Assembly (NCBI GenBank): GCA_903813345.2
Contig: CAIIXF020000001.1
Location: forward strand, 32,054,001 to 32,118,000
From: Owenia fusiformis
Taxonomy: Eukaryota
Direction: 5' to 3'
DNA: 64,000 nucleotides
The position numbers were made by a program, and so were the translations under genes. Positions 62,312-64,000 of this stretch are shown here, piece by piece. The notes under the pieces were generated by a model, which saw only the letters and a list, made by a program, of their open reading frames with translations, was not told where the DNA came from and ran no database searches. Numbering within the stretch: position 1 is the stretch's first letter; every line of letters starts with the position of its first letter.

Positions 62312-64000
62312 TGGTTGGAATGATTGCATACGATTAGAGCTAAGAATTATTCCTATGTTTGGAATGATTGCATACAATTATAGTTAAGAATTATTCCTAT
62401 GTTTGGAATGATTGCATACAATTAGAGCGAAGAATTATTCCTATGTTTAGAATGATTGCATATGAGTAAAGTTAAGAATTATTCCTATGTTTGGAATGAT
62501 TGCATACAACTAGAGTTAAGAATTATTCCTATGTTTGGAATGATTGCATACAATTAGAGCTAAGAATTATTCCTATGTTTGGAATGATTGCATACAACTA
62601 GAGTTAATAATCATTCCTATGTTTGGAATGATTGCATACAACTAGAGTTTAGAATTATACATATTGTTGGAATGAATGCATACAACGAGAGTTTAGAATT
62701 ATTCCTATGTTTGGAATGATTGCATACAACTAGAGTTAAGAATTATTCCTATGTTTGGAATGATTGCATACAGCTAGAGTTAAGAATTATTCCTATGTTT
62801 GGAATGATTGCATACAACTAGAGTTAAGAATTATTCCTATGTTTGGAATGATTGCATACAACTAGAGTTAAGAATTATTCCTATGGTTGGAATGATTCCA
62901 TACAACTAGAGTTGAGATTTATTCCTATGTTTGGAATGATAGCATACAATTAGAGTTAAGAATTATTCCTATGTTTGGAATGATTGCATACAACTAGAGT
63001 TAAGAATTATTCCTATGTTTGGAATGATTGCATACAACTAGAGTTAAGAATTATTCCTATGGTTGGAATGATTCCATACAACTAGAGTTGAGATTTATTC
63101 CTATGTTTGGAATGATTGCATACAACTAGAGTTAAGAATTATTCCTATGGTTGGAATGATTCCATACAACTAGAGTTGAGATTTATTCCTATGTTTGGAA
63201 TGATTGCATACAATTAGAGTTAAGAATTATTCCTATGTTTGGAATGATTGCATACAACTAGAGTTAAGAATTATTCCTATGTTTGGAATGATTGCATACA
63301 ACTAGAGTTAAGAATTATTCCTATGGTTGGAATGATTCCATACAACTAGAGTTGAGATTTATTCCTATGTTTGGAATGAATGCATACAACTAGAGTTAAG
63401 AATTATTCCTATGGTTGGAATGAATGCAAACAACTAGAGTTAAGAATTATTCCTATGGTTGGAATGATTCCATACAACTTAAGTTAAGAATTATTCCTAT
63501 GGTTGGAATGAATGCATACAACTAGAGTTAAGAATTATTCCTATGTTTGGAATGATTGCATACAACTAGAGTTAAGAATTATTCCTATGTTTGGAATGAT
63601 TGCATACAACTTAAGTTAAGAATTATTCCTATGGTTGGAATGATTCCATACAACTTAAGTTAAGAATTATTCCTATGTTTGGAATGATTGCATACAACTA
63701 GAGTTAAGAATTATTCCTATGTTTGGAATGATTGCATACAACTTAAGTTAAGAATTATTCCTATGGTCGGAATGATTGCATATGAGTAAAGTTAAGAATT
63801 ATTCCTATGTTTGGAATGAATGCATACAACTTAAGTTAAGAATTATTCCTATGGTTGGAATGATTCCATACAACTTAAGTTAAGAATTATTCCTATGTTT
63901 GGAATGATTGCATACAACTAGAGTTAAGAATTATTCCTATGTTTGGAATGATTGCATACAACTTAAGTTAAGAATTATTCCTATGTTTGGAATGATTCCA
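62312..64000. repeat. 44-bp intronic tandem repeat, at least ~38 copies, runs off window
   Basis: Unit gttaagaattattcctatgtttggaatgattgcatacaactaga with recurring variants. Confidence 0.97.

Noticed and set aside
62312..64000. 44-bp array as CRISPR
   Set aside because: Head-to-tail units with no spacers; an ordinary VNTR/satellite.

Overview
AT-rich, intron-containing animal (probably marine invertebrate) genomic DNA. It holds three host genes. (1) The 5' part of a cyclin L gene (minus strand, ATG 8631, 7 exons visible, running off the left edge). (2) An MS4A/CD20-like four-transmembrane gene with a single coding exon (plus strand, 10931-11812). (3) The 3' part of a GOLIM4/GPP130-like gene (minus strand, 13 exons from 62292 to 18107, probably with an alternative terminal exon). 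Introns are packed with non-autonomous transposons: pearl/HINE (Helentron-like), Tc1/mariner, hAT, Kolobok-like TTAA, Transib-like and MULE-like MITEs, several nested. There are also 44-bp and 53-bp tandem arrays. The most unusual object is an intact single-ORF APE-RT non-LTR retrotransposon (ORF 40926-44621) nested in a Tc1/mariner-type MITE. It has no visible ORF1. Upstream of the ORF lie a duplicated array of ~57-nt double-hairpin units in a 170-bp higher-order repeat, then uORFs that stop exactly at the ORF start with an upstream UGGGA/G-tract. The ORF itself begins with a hydrophobic ~140-aa leader ending in a 2A-like GDIHTNPGP motif. Also notable are a transposon whose 8-bp TSD duplicates the cyclin L exon-2 splice donor and candidate poison exon(s) in cyclin L intron 5. 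All calls were made by eye; no database searches were run.
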